NCBI GenBank assembly: GCA_001687465.1
Contig: LVLI01000110.1
Coordinates: 1 to 64,000 of the forward strand
From: Halocafeteria seosinensis
Taxonomy: Eukaryota
Direction of reading: 5' to 3'
DNA length: 64,000 bases
The position numbers and the translations under genes are program-made. Every line of letters begins with the position of its first letter. The first letter of the stretch is position 1. The notes below the pieces were generated by a model. The model saw only the letters and a list, made by a program, of their open reading frames with translations. It did not search any database and was not told the origin of the DNA. Shown piece by piece: positions 48,543 through 62,700 of the stretch.

Positions 48543-48967
48543 ATGCTTATTGTCTCTGGCAGTACAGCCATGAACGTAGAAAACTCGTTTAAGAAGTGGT
48601 AGACAACACCGGCGACACGAAGGTTCCAGTAATTCGAGCAAGAGGTCATCTATTCTCCATGGTGCATCACGTTTACATCCAGATACCAACGACGCATCCA
48701 CGGTCTATCCCAAACACTGCATGGCTGAATCAATCACGGCTAAAAACTGAGGGGGACAACGCTAAACGAACGTGCAGCTTTGAACCAGACCGAGCAATTT
48801 TTTCTTTCAGGGAACAAATCAAGGTGTTGTGAAGTCGTCGACCGACTCTCCCGTGGGGAGTTTGATGGTCAATTGTGGCTTGTATGGGAAGAATGAAGGG
48901 ATAGTACGTGCGCATGTTTGTAGATTGTGTTTGTGGTAACCTGTGGTAGGGAAAAGTGAAGGGAACA

Positions 48968-51900
48968 ATGGCATCCAAGTCAAACAAAAGCGTGCGGTTT
49001 GCAGCTTCACAAGAGCACGAGACGCTTGCTTCCACTTATACAGCACCAGAGGATGCGAATCAGGGCTCTACATCTCCAGTCAACGGCGAACAAGAGAATC
49101 ACTCTTCGGACAAGGGGGAGAAAGAGGAAAACTCGCCATGGGAAACGGCTATTCGCTCGCTAGAATCTGATTCCATGGAGGAGAAACTTGTGGGACTCTT
49201 CATTGTCACGCGCTTTGTGATTCCCACGGAGAGAACAGGGGCTCTACAGGGCGAGGAGAAACGCCAACTTATCCGACTATTTCATGCGACAACCCCTCAA
49301 TTCCTCCAAGAGCTATTGCTACCGTTCGAAACGGGAGTTCGAGGAGGCACTGGCAGTCTCAGTTCGGAGCATTTAACCAATGTAGCATTATTGTGCATAG
49401 GGTTCTTTGCTCAAGAGGCGGATCTGGTTCCACATCTATGCGACCTCCTTCCTGACCTTGTCGAGACATCGAGAGTGTTAAAGGATGCTCTCACCGAGCA
49501 CAGCTCTCATGATCAGGAACAACTGGAAACATTGATGAACTTGGCCTGTGTATGCACAGATGTGTGCTCACAGTTTTCACAGCATGGCACCGATTTTCAG
49601 GTTTGTGCTTTTTTCCTCAAAGGTGTATTTTTCTATTAAGTATACGTGTCCTTCGCCTTCATTGTTCACAGGATTTTCCGTGGGGTGTGCTAACACAGTT
49701 CGCAACCAATACGGCCCAGGTTTTTGCTACCACTTGCAGTACCGAATCACGTTTTCCAAATGAGAGAAAGCAGGAACTGCAAAGTAGTCTGGAAGAACAG
49801 TTGCGTAAGCTACAGCAACTGTTTGCTATCGCATATGAAGGAAACGATATGGACGCTTTTGATATCATGACGCCCTCCGCACTTGCGAATTTGTTCGAGA
49901 TACTGGGGATGCGCTACTCGGTAGCTCCCCAAAGAACCCTTGAGAGCGTTTTGCAGAGCTGCATCTCGTGGTGTCAGCTTAGTCCCTACCCAGTAAACAA
50001 GCTTACTAGGTCGGAGCCGTATTACACGCATGCTGTGCCGTTGGTGAGGAAGGTGATCCAAAACTTCCTGCAGAGCAGGCTGCCCGACGGCCTCCGTCAA
50101 AAGATACTTCATCTGGTTGCAGGGTTAACGCAACTATTTTCTGCAAAGTGGATGGTCGCACAGATGAAGGAACTTTCAGTCCAGGACACAACTGGTGGAT
50201 CCAGCCGTGAAAATGGCGGTGGCGGTGTTGCCAGCAATATCAAGTTTTTGCTTTTGGTTATTCGCCTTAGCGGGATCGAGCTAAAAGTATCGCTTGACTC
50301 GGTCGAGTCGTACCTGGTTCAAAGCTCAGAAGAAGGGGGTGTGACAGGCTCTGACGTATCGGAAGAGATGGAAAAGTCGTCAACTACAAAAATAATCGAA
50401 GAACGCGAAATGACATCGATAGCCTCTGGCAGATACTCGGGAAACTTTGGCGAGTCCGGGGCCTCTCACGTGCCTGAAGATTTGCGGCCACCTAAGAGTG
50501 TCCCATACAAGACTGTTGCCCCTCTTACTAGAGAACAGCGAGCGAAAAAAGCATTTGAAGAATACGAGGCAATTTCGATGACTGTTGTTTGTTGCGGGAC
50601 AATTCTTGAGCATGCAATGTCCCTTGTCTCTCGTTATGCCAGTGTAGAACCGTCCAATGGTTCAGGCTGGCAGGATTGTTTGAGTGGACTAGACTACGAG
50701 ACCATAGGGTCATTGAAGTCCTCCTTCCATAGCCCGCTGGAGGTCTGTCACGCATTTTTACAGGCAATACAGGAGAGCGAACTCTACAATGACATAGTCT
50801 TTGACCCGGATTCCGGTGTCCCAACGAATGCGCAGGTGGATGTGTCAAACGCTGTGTGGGCATCGTGGGAAGACTCCAGTGCTTTAACGTTGCGCAGTTG
50901 CCGCTCTAGTGCCGTTGCTTTATTGTGCTCATCACTGTCGAAATTTATTTGCACCTTTGCCTACGAAGATACTGAAGCGTATGCTGTCGAAATAGGCGAA
51001 ATTGTGGACATACTGATGCGCCAAAAGGCAGTGTCTTTGGACTCCGTTGTTGAAACTGAGGGTTTACATATGACTCAGAGAATCCGGCTAGCCAGTATGC
51101 TTCCTATGATCAGTGGTTGCGGGATAACCGCTTTAGATGTGCCAGTTATAAATTTCTTTTCGGTGGCGACGAGTAGATTACACCAGGAATCCTTTAGATC
51201 TAGTTTCCAATACTCCAAGGGTGACGTTATCTGTTTGAATTGGCTGAGCGATTGGTCTCGTGCTGTTGCGGTAGGAATAATGGACGTCCAAAGCAGAGAG
51301 GAGGGGAGTAACCAAGGGCTTCCGCAAGCGCTGTCTTCTTGGTCCCTGGACTCTTCGTCCACAGCCATTCAACTTCTAATCATGTTAAACGAGTATTATT
51401 CTGTGAGTAAGAAAAAAGCCCAAGGAAATCCTCTTGATCGGCAACACTTTCACAGAGTTGTCAGTGCTTTGCAACGGTTAGATGACAGAGTGAAGACACA
51501 CGCCAAGTATTTATACAGAAGTGATAACAGCCATGACATATTTCTTGCGTTCGTTCATTGGACACACAATCTGGCCTGTTTACTATGTGACGTTTTCGAT
51601 TTGGATTGTCAATTCGAGTGGAGTGCGCGACAGTTGTTTGACAAGGCAACTTCACTGCGAGTATTGAGGAGCATTGGAACAGCTACAGCATGTCCCTTGT
51701 GGAAATTAAATATGAATCATAGCCAAGACTTTCCGGATGAGACGTACAGCAGGCTATGGGAAAGTCTAGTCGACCGCATAAGGAGACTGTGCCAACAAAA
51801 TTCGAAGTATTCTCAATCGTTCCGCTCCCTGTTCAAAGAGCCCCTTCATCGTTCTGTTGGGAGCAAATTAGAAGAATACATTCGTTTGGTTGCCGCGGAG

Positions 51901-52062
51901 AACAACAGTGATGCGGTGAAATTAGATCGCAACGGTAGCATCATGGATTGGATTCGGAAGCAACTAAGCAGTTTGGGCCTTGAGTCAGCCACACAGATGG
52001 ATATTCACATAGAAGTAGAACGGCTAGATAGCCTTATATCATCTCTCGAAAGTGTCCTTTAA
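48968..52062 (+). CDS. NCDN: neurochondrin-family ARM-like protein, 2 exons
   Basis: The N-terminal DSMEEKLVGLFIVTRFV...LIRLFHATTPQFLQELL, together with FLQSRL...LHLVAGLTQLFSAKW and FLLLVIRLSGIELKVSL, resembles neurochondrin. Intron at 49601-49671. Confidence 0.75.
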
Positions 52063-53291
52063 CGATGATGTTGGAAAATTTTTATAACAGAAAGTCTCCT
52101 TACTATGCGCATAAGTTGGTTACAACTGTTGTGTAAATTACACAAGTCTAACTAGGAACATGGCGCGTGCCTGGATCTTCATACGAAGCACCTGTTTAAG
52201 TACCTGTGGCTGATCTGCACGTCGTTAACCAAGAACTGCCCGCAATTCCGCCGCGAGTAATGTCCTATTTTGGCGCAACCTACTCGAGGAGATTCTTCAG
52301 AGGAATTGAGGAATAGCTCGTGCATTTACTTGGACTAGTGTGACCACTGGGATGGGGTTGGGACTTTCCACATGCTCTGTGTAGAATGGGGGCGATCCCA
52401 TCGACATTTCCTCAGCATGGGACAGAAGCTGTCTGGGGACGTTGGAATTCCACAATGTATTTTCTCAATAGAGGGAGTCACTGTTGACCAACGGGACACA
52501 AAACAAGGAAGCTCGGGGACAAGCAGAAGAAACTTTCAAAGAAAGAGTTCCCGGCTTTACTGCACACGAGGTCATTGGATATGGGTCTTGTCTATAGCGT
52601 GATATCATCCCAATCACAGCAATATTTCTTATTCCCCTGCAGTGAGTTGGGAAACCAGCAGACAATCAACGCGGACCTTAAATTCATTCCAGCCGTCTTG
52701 CATAATCAATAGAGCGAAACTAGCAGTAGATTAAATGTAGTAAAGCTTTGCTTGCCAGTTCCCCTATGAATCTTTAACGATGTATTTCAGGAAGGAACCA
52801 TCCGCCAGGGAAGGCACTCCTATTCGTCGGTATAATGGAAAGCAGAGGTAGATTTGATGTCCCCTGTGCGACGGTTTCTTTTAGCCGTGAGTTTAGGCCA
52901 CACACAATGTATTACGCTATGTAATTACGTACACAAGGATGTAAGTGTTATTTTCTGTATCCTCGTAGATTCATGCTGATATACTCATGCTGGCTTCAAC
53001 TTACGTAACCTGTGTTTGTAGTGCAACAGACGGACGTCTCTTACACCGGGGATAGAGAGATAAGCGTCTGAAGTGCTCGTTTACTCAACCTCCAGAGCAA
53101 TACGGGTTTTTACTTATCACGCCATTCGCTAAGATTAAGACGGCCCAGAAGTGCAGACTCTGAGACACCGCACGGCCTTTGCTGTTTCCCTTCCTTCCTG
53201 TGACAATAATAAAATAGCCATTCATTAATGGTTCGATTCCACAGGAGATAACAGGCATGGCAAGTTTCTGGAGTACGATGTATCTAAGCCT

Positions 53292-54127
53292 TCAATCCTC
53301 GTTTTCCTGATTTTCCTGCGTTTTCGTTTCTACCATTTCTTTAAGTTCCTCAGGGTTGTCTCCAAGGTTGCGATTAGTTGCCCAGCTCAAATAACCATTC
53401 CAGATGACGGAGACAAAGTTTGCAAATATAACTTGAAAGTGGAGAGGCATGAGCGAGAAATTGATCATCTGAATTGAGCAAACGCATGACAAACCCTACT
53501 ACAAGTAGAGGTTTTGTTAAGGAACTAGGCACGTACCTGTGCGGGTATCCATAGCTTCCAGTTAGCCACAATGGCTTCAGGCCAGTAGAGCGTTAAGCGT
53601 TCCTGTATTTCATCCGCTTTGCCTTGGATGGTGGCCATGTACACAAATACAGTTGCCACAAAAGTTGGCGCAAAGATAAACTGATCCATCAACAGCCTCT
53701 TGAGAATACTCGTCCACGAGCGTCCTGGTATGAACGTTGCTAGGAAGCCGTACCAGCAGTGAAGCACTGGTCCAATGAGAAAGCATCCTAGCGAGCCCAC
53801 TTCCACGGTGCGTCGTAGACTGAATTCCTTGTCCTCAAAAGCTAGCTGACAGATTAAATCCCCACCAACTGCCAGCACCGTGCTTGACACCATCTTGGTT
53901 ATTAAAGGCTGCTCCTCGAGGTAGTAATTATACTTGGTCCAAAGTCGCCTCCATACCCCTATAGAAGTATTGCTTGACGACGACATCATTCGCTGTTGTA
54001 TTGGGTGGACATTCTGTAGTCTGTATACCAAGAGGTGCTTCCTGGTAACGGAAGAACATAAACGTCCTGGAGGCATGCAGAGCCCCTGTATGGAGTGAGG
54101 ACGGAAGGATATCACCCTGGAGAGCAT
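53292..54127 (-). CDS. Mpv17/PMP22 family membrane protein with a probable mitochondrial presequence
   Basis: Motifs include PLITKMVSS...GDLICQ, GPVLHCWYGFL, KRLLMDQFIFAP, ANWKLWIPAQ|MINF and WNGYLS. The N-terminus is R/S-rich and acid-free. Confidence 0.92.
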
Positions 54128-54160
54128 TTTTCGCTCCTTTTATTGTGGAACCAATCGATC

Positions 54161-54180
54161 GAGAGAGAGAGAGAGAGAGA
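54161..54180. repeat. (GA)10 microsatellite
   Basis: Perfect dinucleotide run about 35 nt upstream of the Mpv17 ATG. Confidence 0.95.
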
Positions 54181-54403
54181 AAGAAAAAGAGAGATGAAGA
54201 GGATCATGAGCACAACGAGAACTGCGGTAATATGGTATGTAGCAGTAACAATCCGATTCACTAACAATGTCTACTAGATATGCCAAATGTTGGTACGAAG
54301 TGCTACTCCACCCGGGTACCGGGCAGCAACAGTCTAGCGTTGAAGCAACTGTGAGCCTTGTAGCGCGGTTTATTCAATCGGCTACAAGAATCCACATCTT
54401 CAT

Positions 54404-55730
54404 TTATTTAATTGCACCTTTTCCCGAAAACATGGATTCATTCTTACCCGCGGCCACAGAGGGAGGTATACTGACGGTGACTGTATCCGCAAGTTTCGCA
54501 TATTCAGTAATGTATTCTCCGTCAGCCTTCGTGTAAGTATCACCAAAGTACTTGTTTTGGTTCTTTTGAAGAAATCGTAGGAATTCTGTAATCTTCTTAT
54601 GGAAGGCTTTATGATCCTTCTTCGTTAACTTAGTATGGATTAAGAGCTGAGGGAGTTTGACTGTGTACATAACACCTATGTTGTCAAACGATCTGAATAG
54701 CACGTATCAAGAAAATGCCTTACCAAATAAACGAAGCAAATGTTCGGCTCCATAAATTTCTGAAAGGGGTCTCGGTTCTCCTTCGGGTGTGCAAATCTGG
54801 TTCCGGAGGCTTTCCTCCACCACTGAGTCTTCCTCTTTATCCTTGCCTTCGGCGATTTGCCTTTGTTGCTTAACGATGTTTTCGTATTGGGGTCGTTCAA
54901 AACGGTATAAAAGAAATGCTCCAATCGCCCTGTCAAAATATAGTCGGAGACCTTCAATAAAACCTCTAAGGCTACTATCATCCTGTTCTTGGCCCTCTTT
55001 GTGTGCTATATAATCCCGGAAAATAGCGGCTACAGAAGGGCTTCCCTCCTCTTCGCCGTTGGATTTTGGAATCTTCACCAGCGATCTTCGCTTTGTGACA
55101 TTCTGTAAGATACAGATTCCAGTATTTCATATTCGACATCAACTATTGATAGAATCCCCCCCATACCTCCCAGTCGTGTACGATGAGCCGCCTAAGAGCA
55201 TAAGTGATTGGTAACTTTACTGCTTCCACGTCTTTGTATTCTTCCCCCTGTATACGACAATGTTGAATAAAACTGATCGATACTTGATGCAATACAGATT
55301 CACGTACTACCCTTACCTCCTCTGCTTCCGATTCTTCATCATCGCTGTCCACATCTGCAGCCGCGGACGAGCCTCTGGTTTCCGAAGCCGTGCGCTTTCG
55401 TCCACTCGCACGGCCTCCTCGTCCTCCTCGTCCACTTTTGGAAGAAGATGACGATCCCTTCTTACCACCAGAGCCGGAAGACTGCCGGGCTGCCTTCCTT
55501 TGGGCCTTCATTTCCGCCATAATCTTGTCTTTGAGCTTCTTCGTCTCCTCGTTGATGGGCATGATGCGGTCGGATGCCACCCATTCATCCCATTTTTTCG
55601 CCCATCCGTGATAATGAACGAAATAGTGAGGGTCTCCCGTTTTATCAGTCTCCTTCTCCATGACCTTGGCTTCGTAAAGCTGGTTCATGTGGTAAGCAAA
55701 GACCTTATCCCCCACTTGCAACTCAGCCAT
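54404..55730 (-). CDS. MORF4L1: MRG15/Eaf3 chromo-barrel + MRG domain protein, 4 exons
   Basis: Motifs include LYEAKV...YFVHYHGWAKKWDEWV, LIVHDWE, GLRLYFDRAIGAFLLYRFERPQY and IYGAEHLLRLF|VKLP. Confidence 0.93.
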
Positions 55731-56034
55731 TGTCTTGGATGCTCTCTACGGTTTGAACGACCACTCCAATAGCAGAAGACTCTCCATCCAATAAACGCTG
55801 CTTACAAAGATGCAAATCAATCCCAATGCAACTCATCCACTCAACAATTAAATATTATTGGGAAGTTTTAGTTGAGACGGTTAACTTGGGTTCCACGTAG
55901 CCCCGCCCCACCGCAGCAAGTTACTCCATCATAGAAAGCAAGACGGCGGCGTGTCAAAAAATTATTGAGGAAAAGGCTTTACAAATATAATAGTGGTATG
56001 GATGTCGGTATATTTTCCTACGAGTAGCGAGAGG

Positions 56035-57007
56035 CTACGACGTGGATTCTTGCTTTCTCCGTAATGAGTCATAAAACTTGACAGACTCTGGGGGATTCCT
56101 GTAGGGCTGACTCTTAGCATCCATTGAATAACCCCGCTCAACACGCAGTTGAGCAGATACCATCTTTTTCCTCAGCGCTGCGTCCTTCTTTCTTATCGAA
56201 TGAATATTATGGTCCGTTGATCGAATGAACTGCCAAACGACAGTTAAAGAAGCTTAAACCCAGGCACACACGGGAATGCGAAAAAGCCGTACCTCATTTA
56301 ACTTCCCTTCAGCTTCATGCAAGGAAGCGCGAATGTCTGCTGCTTGACGTTCTCTTTCTTTCTTCGCTTTTTCGATGGGCGCCATTCTTTGCTTCACCTC
56401 CTCGATTTGTCTGTCATAGTCTGCTACTTGAGCTCTGTATCACCGCGCATACGGCTTTACACTGCCATGAAGCCACATATTCGAAGAGAATATACATACT
56501 CGTATTTATCAATGTTCTCCTGGACATTTTTCCTGTATCTCCTCAATGTCTTAACCGAATCGTCCAGACCTCTGACCTGTCGGTTTAGCTGACCTGGCAC
56601 TTTTGCCGCCTGGGAAGAATTTACGCCAGGGTGCACGCCAGAACAAGATAAGGCCACAACAAAGTAAAGATACCTACCTGCTTTAATTTCACCAGCAACT
56701 CTTGTATCTCTTGCTGCAAGGAGCCATGAAACACCACACAATATACACTGTGAAGCAGAACTGCGTCTCCACAAAATTGCCGTTTATCCAGAGCTTACGT
56801 TGCTGTCCGCCACAGTATCATAAACGTCCTTATCTCTTCCCGGATACCTGCCCCGGTATCAAATAACACAGAATCAGTGCACATCCACCTCATTGCACGG
56901 AATATGAGCTTGCATACAAACCTTCTGCGATGCCGCTGGCGTCCCCCACTCGCTGCCGAGCCTCCTGTGCGCATCGGGGAGAAAGCAGGTCCTCCCGACG
57001 ATTCCAT
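56035..57007 (-). CDS. small hypothetical coiled-coil protein, multi-exon
   Basis: ATG at 57007. Several GT-AG-bounded exons encode LNRQVRGLDDSVKTLRRYRKNVQENID, YRAQVADYDRQIEEVKQRM...LHEAEGKLNE and FIRSTDHNIHSIRKKDAALRKK. The internal exon structure is partly uncertain. Confidence 0.55.
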
Positions 57008-57355
57008 TTTGCTATTTCTTATACCACTACACACACAAACCGTATTCAAACCATTCCCAACACCACGAGCAGCTCACCGCTTGGTGTTGGTGTGTGTATA
57101 AGACGTTGAAGTTAGGTTGCGCAGCAGCTACTTCAAGCTCTGTTCACAACACGCGGCTGCAGCCTCCGGGAGAGTTTGGCAGACTGGTTGTAATACACTA
57201 CACACCACGGCAATTGGCATTCCGGTAGGATCCGTTCATCCCCAAGAAGAAGATCCAATCTCAGCGTCCGTTTGCTGTTTGATCACTTATAGAGATCGTA
57301 GTGTATCTGTTTGCGTATCTTGTCCATTCCATAGAAGAAGACTGCTGCAATTATC

Positions 57356-59750
<2,395 letters not shown>

Positions 59751-59768
59751 ATAGATGTAATTCAACGT

Positions 59769-62700
59769 TTATTTCTTCTTCCCCGGTGCCGGGATTTTTA
59801 TTTGAGTTGTAGTGTCAAGCCATGTGGCTCCATTGTCTATGCTAAAATACACCTCCACATTCCCAGTAGGGCACTCTTGTGCACTTTCCGGTAAGTTCCC
59901 CGTAAACGTTAGTTGACCGGTGGTTTCACCACTTTCCATTAGAGCATTGTGGCTATCTTCACCGAGTGTCAGCTGCACGGTAAAGGAAGGTACATCCTCA
60001 GCCCCTGTCAGGAGAGTTACAAACTGGAAGCGCTCGATGAGTGCAGACTGGGGTATCGACAAATTATCATCCTGGGGCAACGTCCCCCATCCTTTAGTCT
60101 CTATAGATATCTCTCCACCCAATGCAAGCTTTTTTGGGCCTACACCGGTGACAGTAATATGTTTGTTAGGATCCCAGAGGAGAGCTAAAGGCGTCTTGAC
60201 GGATTCGGAAACCGTGACATAGCCAAATCCGTTGAGCGATACGTCCATACACAAAATACTTGGTGTAGATGCTTCCAGGTTCGTCTGTGCTAACCAATTA
60301 AGAACGTGTAGGGAGGGAAGAAAAACAGAAAGTGTTTGATTTGTAGTATCCATAGCAACCTGATCCCAGTTGTTTACGGATAAGGAGCCATCAATTGACC
60401 TTAAGCGAACACGGATATTTTCCGGATTGATGTGTTCTCCAAACCAATCTGTAGCGGGACATGCTTTTAGAACGACTTTTCCACCCTCTTTTGGATCCAC
60501 AAAACATTGAGAAGAGCATTCAAATACACCGGAGTAGAGATAAAACGTGGAACTGGACGACTGGGTGAACTGCTCGACGAAGGTCACGCCACCATCTAAA
60601 GAGAGTTTCAAGTTTGCAGCCACACAAGAGGGACTGAGAGCTTTTCCGTCGATCTCATCGGTATCTTCTTCATCCTGATGCTGCTCCTCCTGCGCATCTC
60701 TCTCATCATCAGGAACTGCTCCCTCTTCGTCATTATGCACATCAGCGTTCTCACCATCGTCCGCACTCGAGGTCACCTTGGCTGGCCTCTTCAGAAAGCT
60801 AGAGCAGTCGGGTATCGATACGCAGATACTATGAGCGTTAACAGTCTGAGCAGAGACATCTACCTGCTTGTAACCCTCGATGAAGCTGTCGCATTCCAGC
60901 TTAACGATTGGGTTCTCTGAGAACCCTACGCCTCTGATATATACGCTTGTCGCAGCGTTACTTTCAACAATATGTGGTTCTATCCTGTCTATCACAGCAG
61001 GTTGAGCTTCGATTCTCTGAGTGCAGGGAAACAACTGTGGCCCACAGGGGGATACCAGAGCCTCAAGACTAAACCCCGAGGGTCGATCAGCAACCTCTTC
61101 CAACTCATCTACCTCCGCACACATATTCTCGTGAGATGACTGTTTGGACCTCATGTGTTCAAAGTATCCACAGCATTGGTCATATATGTGCCATTTCTCC
61201 TTGACATCATCATTCCCTTCTGAGATCGACGCTCGCTTGGAAGTTTTCGATCCTGGCTTGCTTCGGGAGGAGGACTTGCGGGAAGACTTGTTGGAGCCTC
61301 CCTTGTCCTTGTCCTGGGACTCGTCCGTTTCTTCGGGCCGTGGCTCACTTGGAGGACTTGGTTCATTGGGAGGTACGGGGACGGGAATTGGTCTTGCCGG
61401 AGGCGGCTCTAGCAAGTATGCTCTATCCAAGGTAAGGGAAGGAAGCGACACTTCCACGACAGCGGTGAACTTCCCTTCGGAGAAGTTCTGCTCCATATCT
61501 TGCGATGAGTCCAGCTTTTCTTCATTAGTATCATGCTCTTCATCAATTTCATCATAGTGGGCAATGAATTTCGCAGGCAAGATATCCGTGACACTGATTT
61601 CTGTATCACCCTTGAGAAGGCGAAAGCGAACGCCCACGAGATGGGTCTCCGAAGCCTCCACTTCCACATTCGCCTTTACGGAAGGATCCTCTGAAGTAAC
61701 GCATAGTCTCTCTGGAGGCTGGGTTATTCCATTTTCAATCGTGTCTGCTTCATGGTTTTCCCGTTCCTCTCGCTGATTCTCAACATACTCGATAAGAGCC
61801 ACAGCAAATGGCCGCGCGTGAGGGTCGCTTAGCATTACGGCAAATGTTGACTCGCCACTAATTCGACAACATATATTTTTCGGTGGAAGCGTGCATCGGG
61901 AGGGCTCGATAGAATTAAACTGTGGGGTAACAAAATAAGAGTGATGTACAATACCTTCCACTGCGTCTAATTCCTCCGCTCGCACAGCGTCAGAGGAAAG
62001 CACACACCGGTTGATGTCCAACTCAGCAAATTTTGTCTCTTTCATGGAGGCCTCTTGGTCGATAGCTACCTCGTTTTCAGCAGAAATTCTCCTAACATAT
62101 AACTGAACACCCATTTCACTCGCCCGACTCCCTGGAGGAATAAAACAAACAACCGTCTGGTCCTGGCATTCCAGGTCTATATCACTATTTAGTTCGGTAG
62201 ACAATGTGTAAGCCGCCGCATATTGATCCTCCACTCCGTCTGTAAGACTATCACCTTGTTCAGAATCATCTAGTTCTAAGGAATGAAGGTAGGAAAACCG
62301 CACAAATGTGTCAGGAATTCGCACCATTGAGCACTCAGGCTCATCAATCCGGAAATTCGCAGCCACAGTTCCTAGCTTATCACTGGTAAGCAGCTCCTTC
62401 TTTGAGACCCTCAACAGCGAGGGAATTTGACCGGAAAAAGAGTCCACATTTCGGCGCAGCAGCACCCGCGAGATAGTTCGCAATCCCGGACCGCTTAATA
62501 CAGCAACAGTCCCTCCATCAATGGAACTTGTTCGAGGAGTTATGTGGGTCAATTCTGCTCCGCTAGTGACTGCGATTGTATGCTTGCCAGCATGCAAAGC
62601 GGATGTCTTTCGAAAGGAGTACGAAGCAAACGAAAACCTATGGGGAGTGTGGAAAACAGCGTCTGGAGTTGGTGTCGGACGTGCGTAGTTCGTGTAGTCA

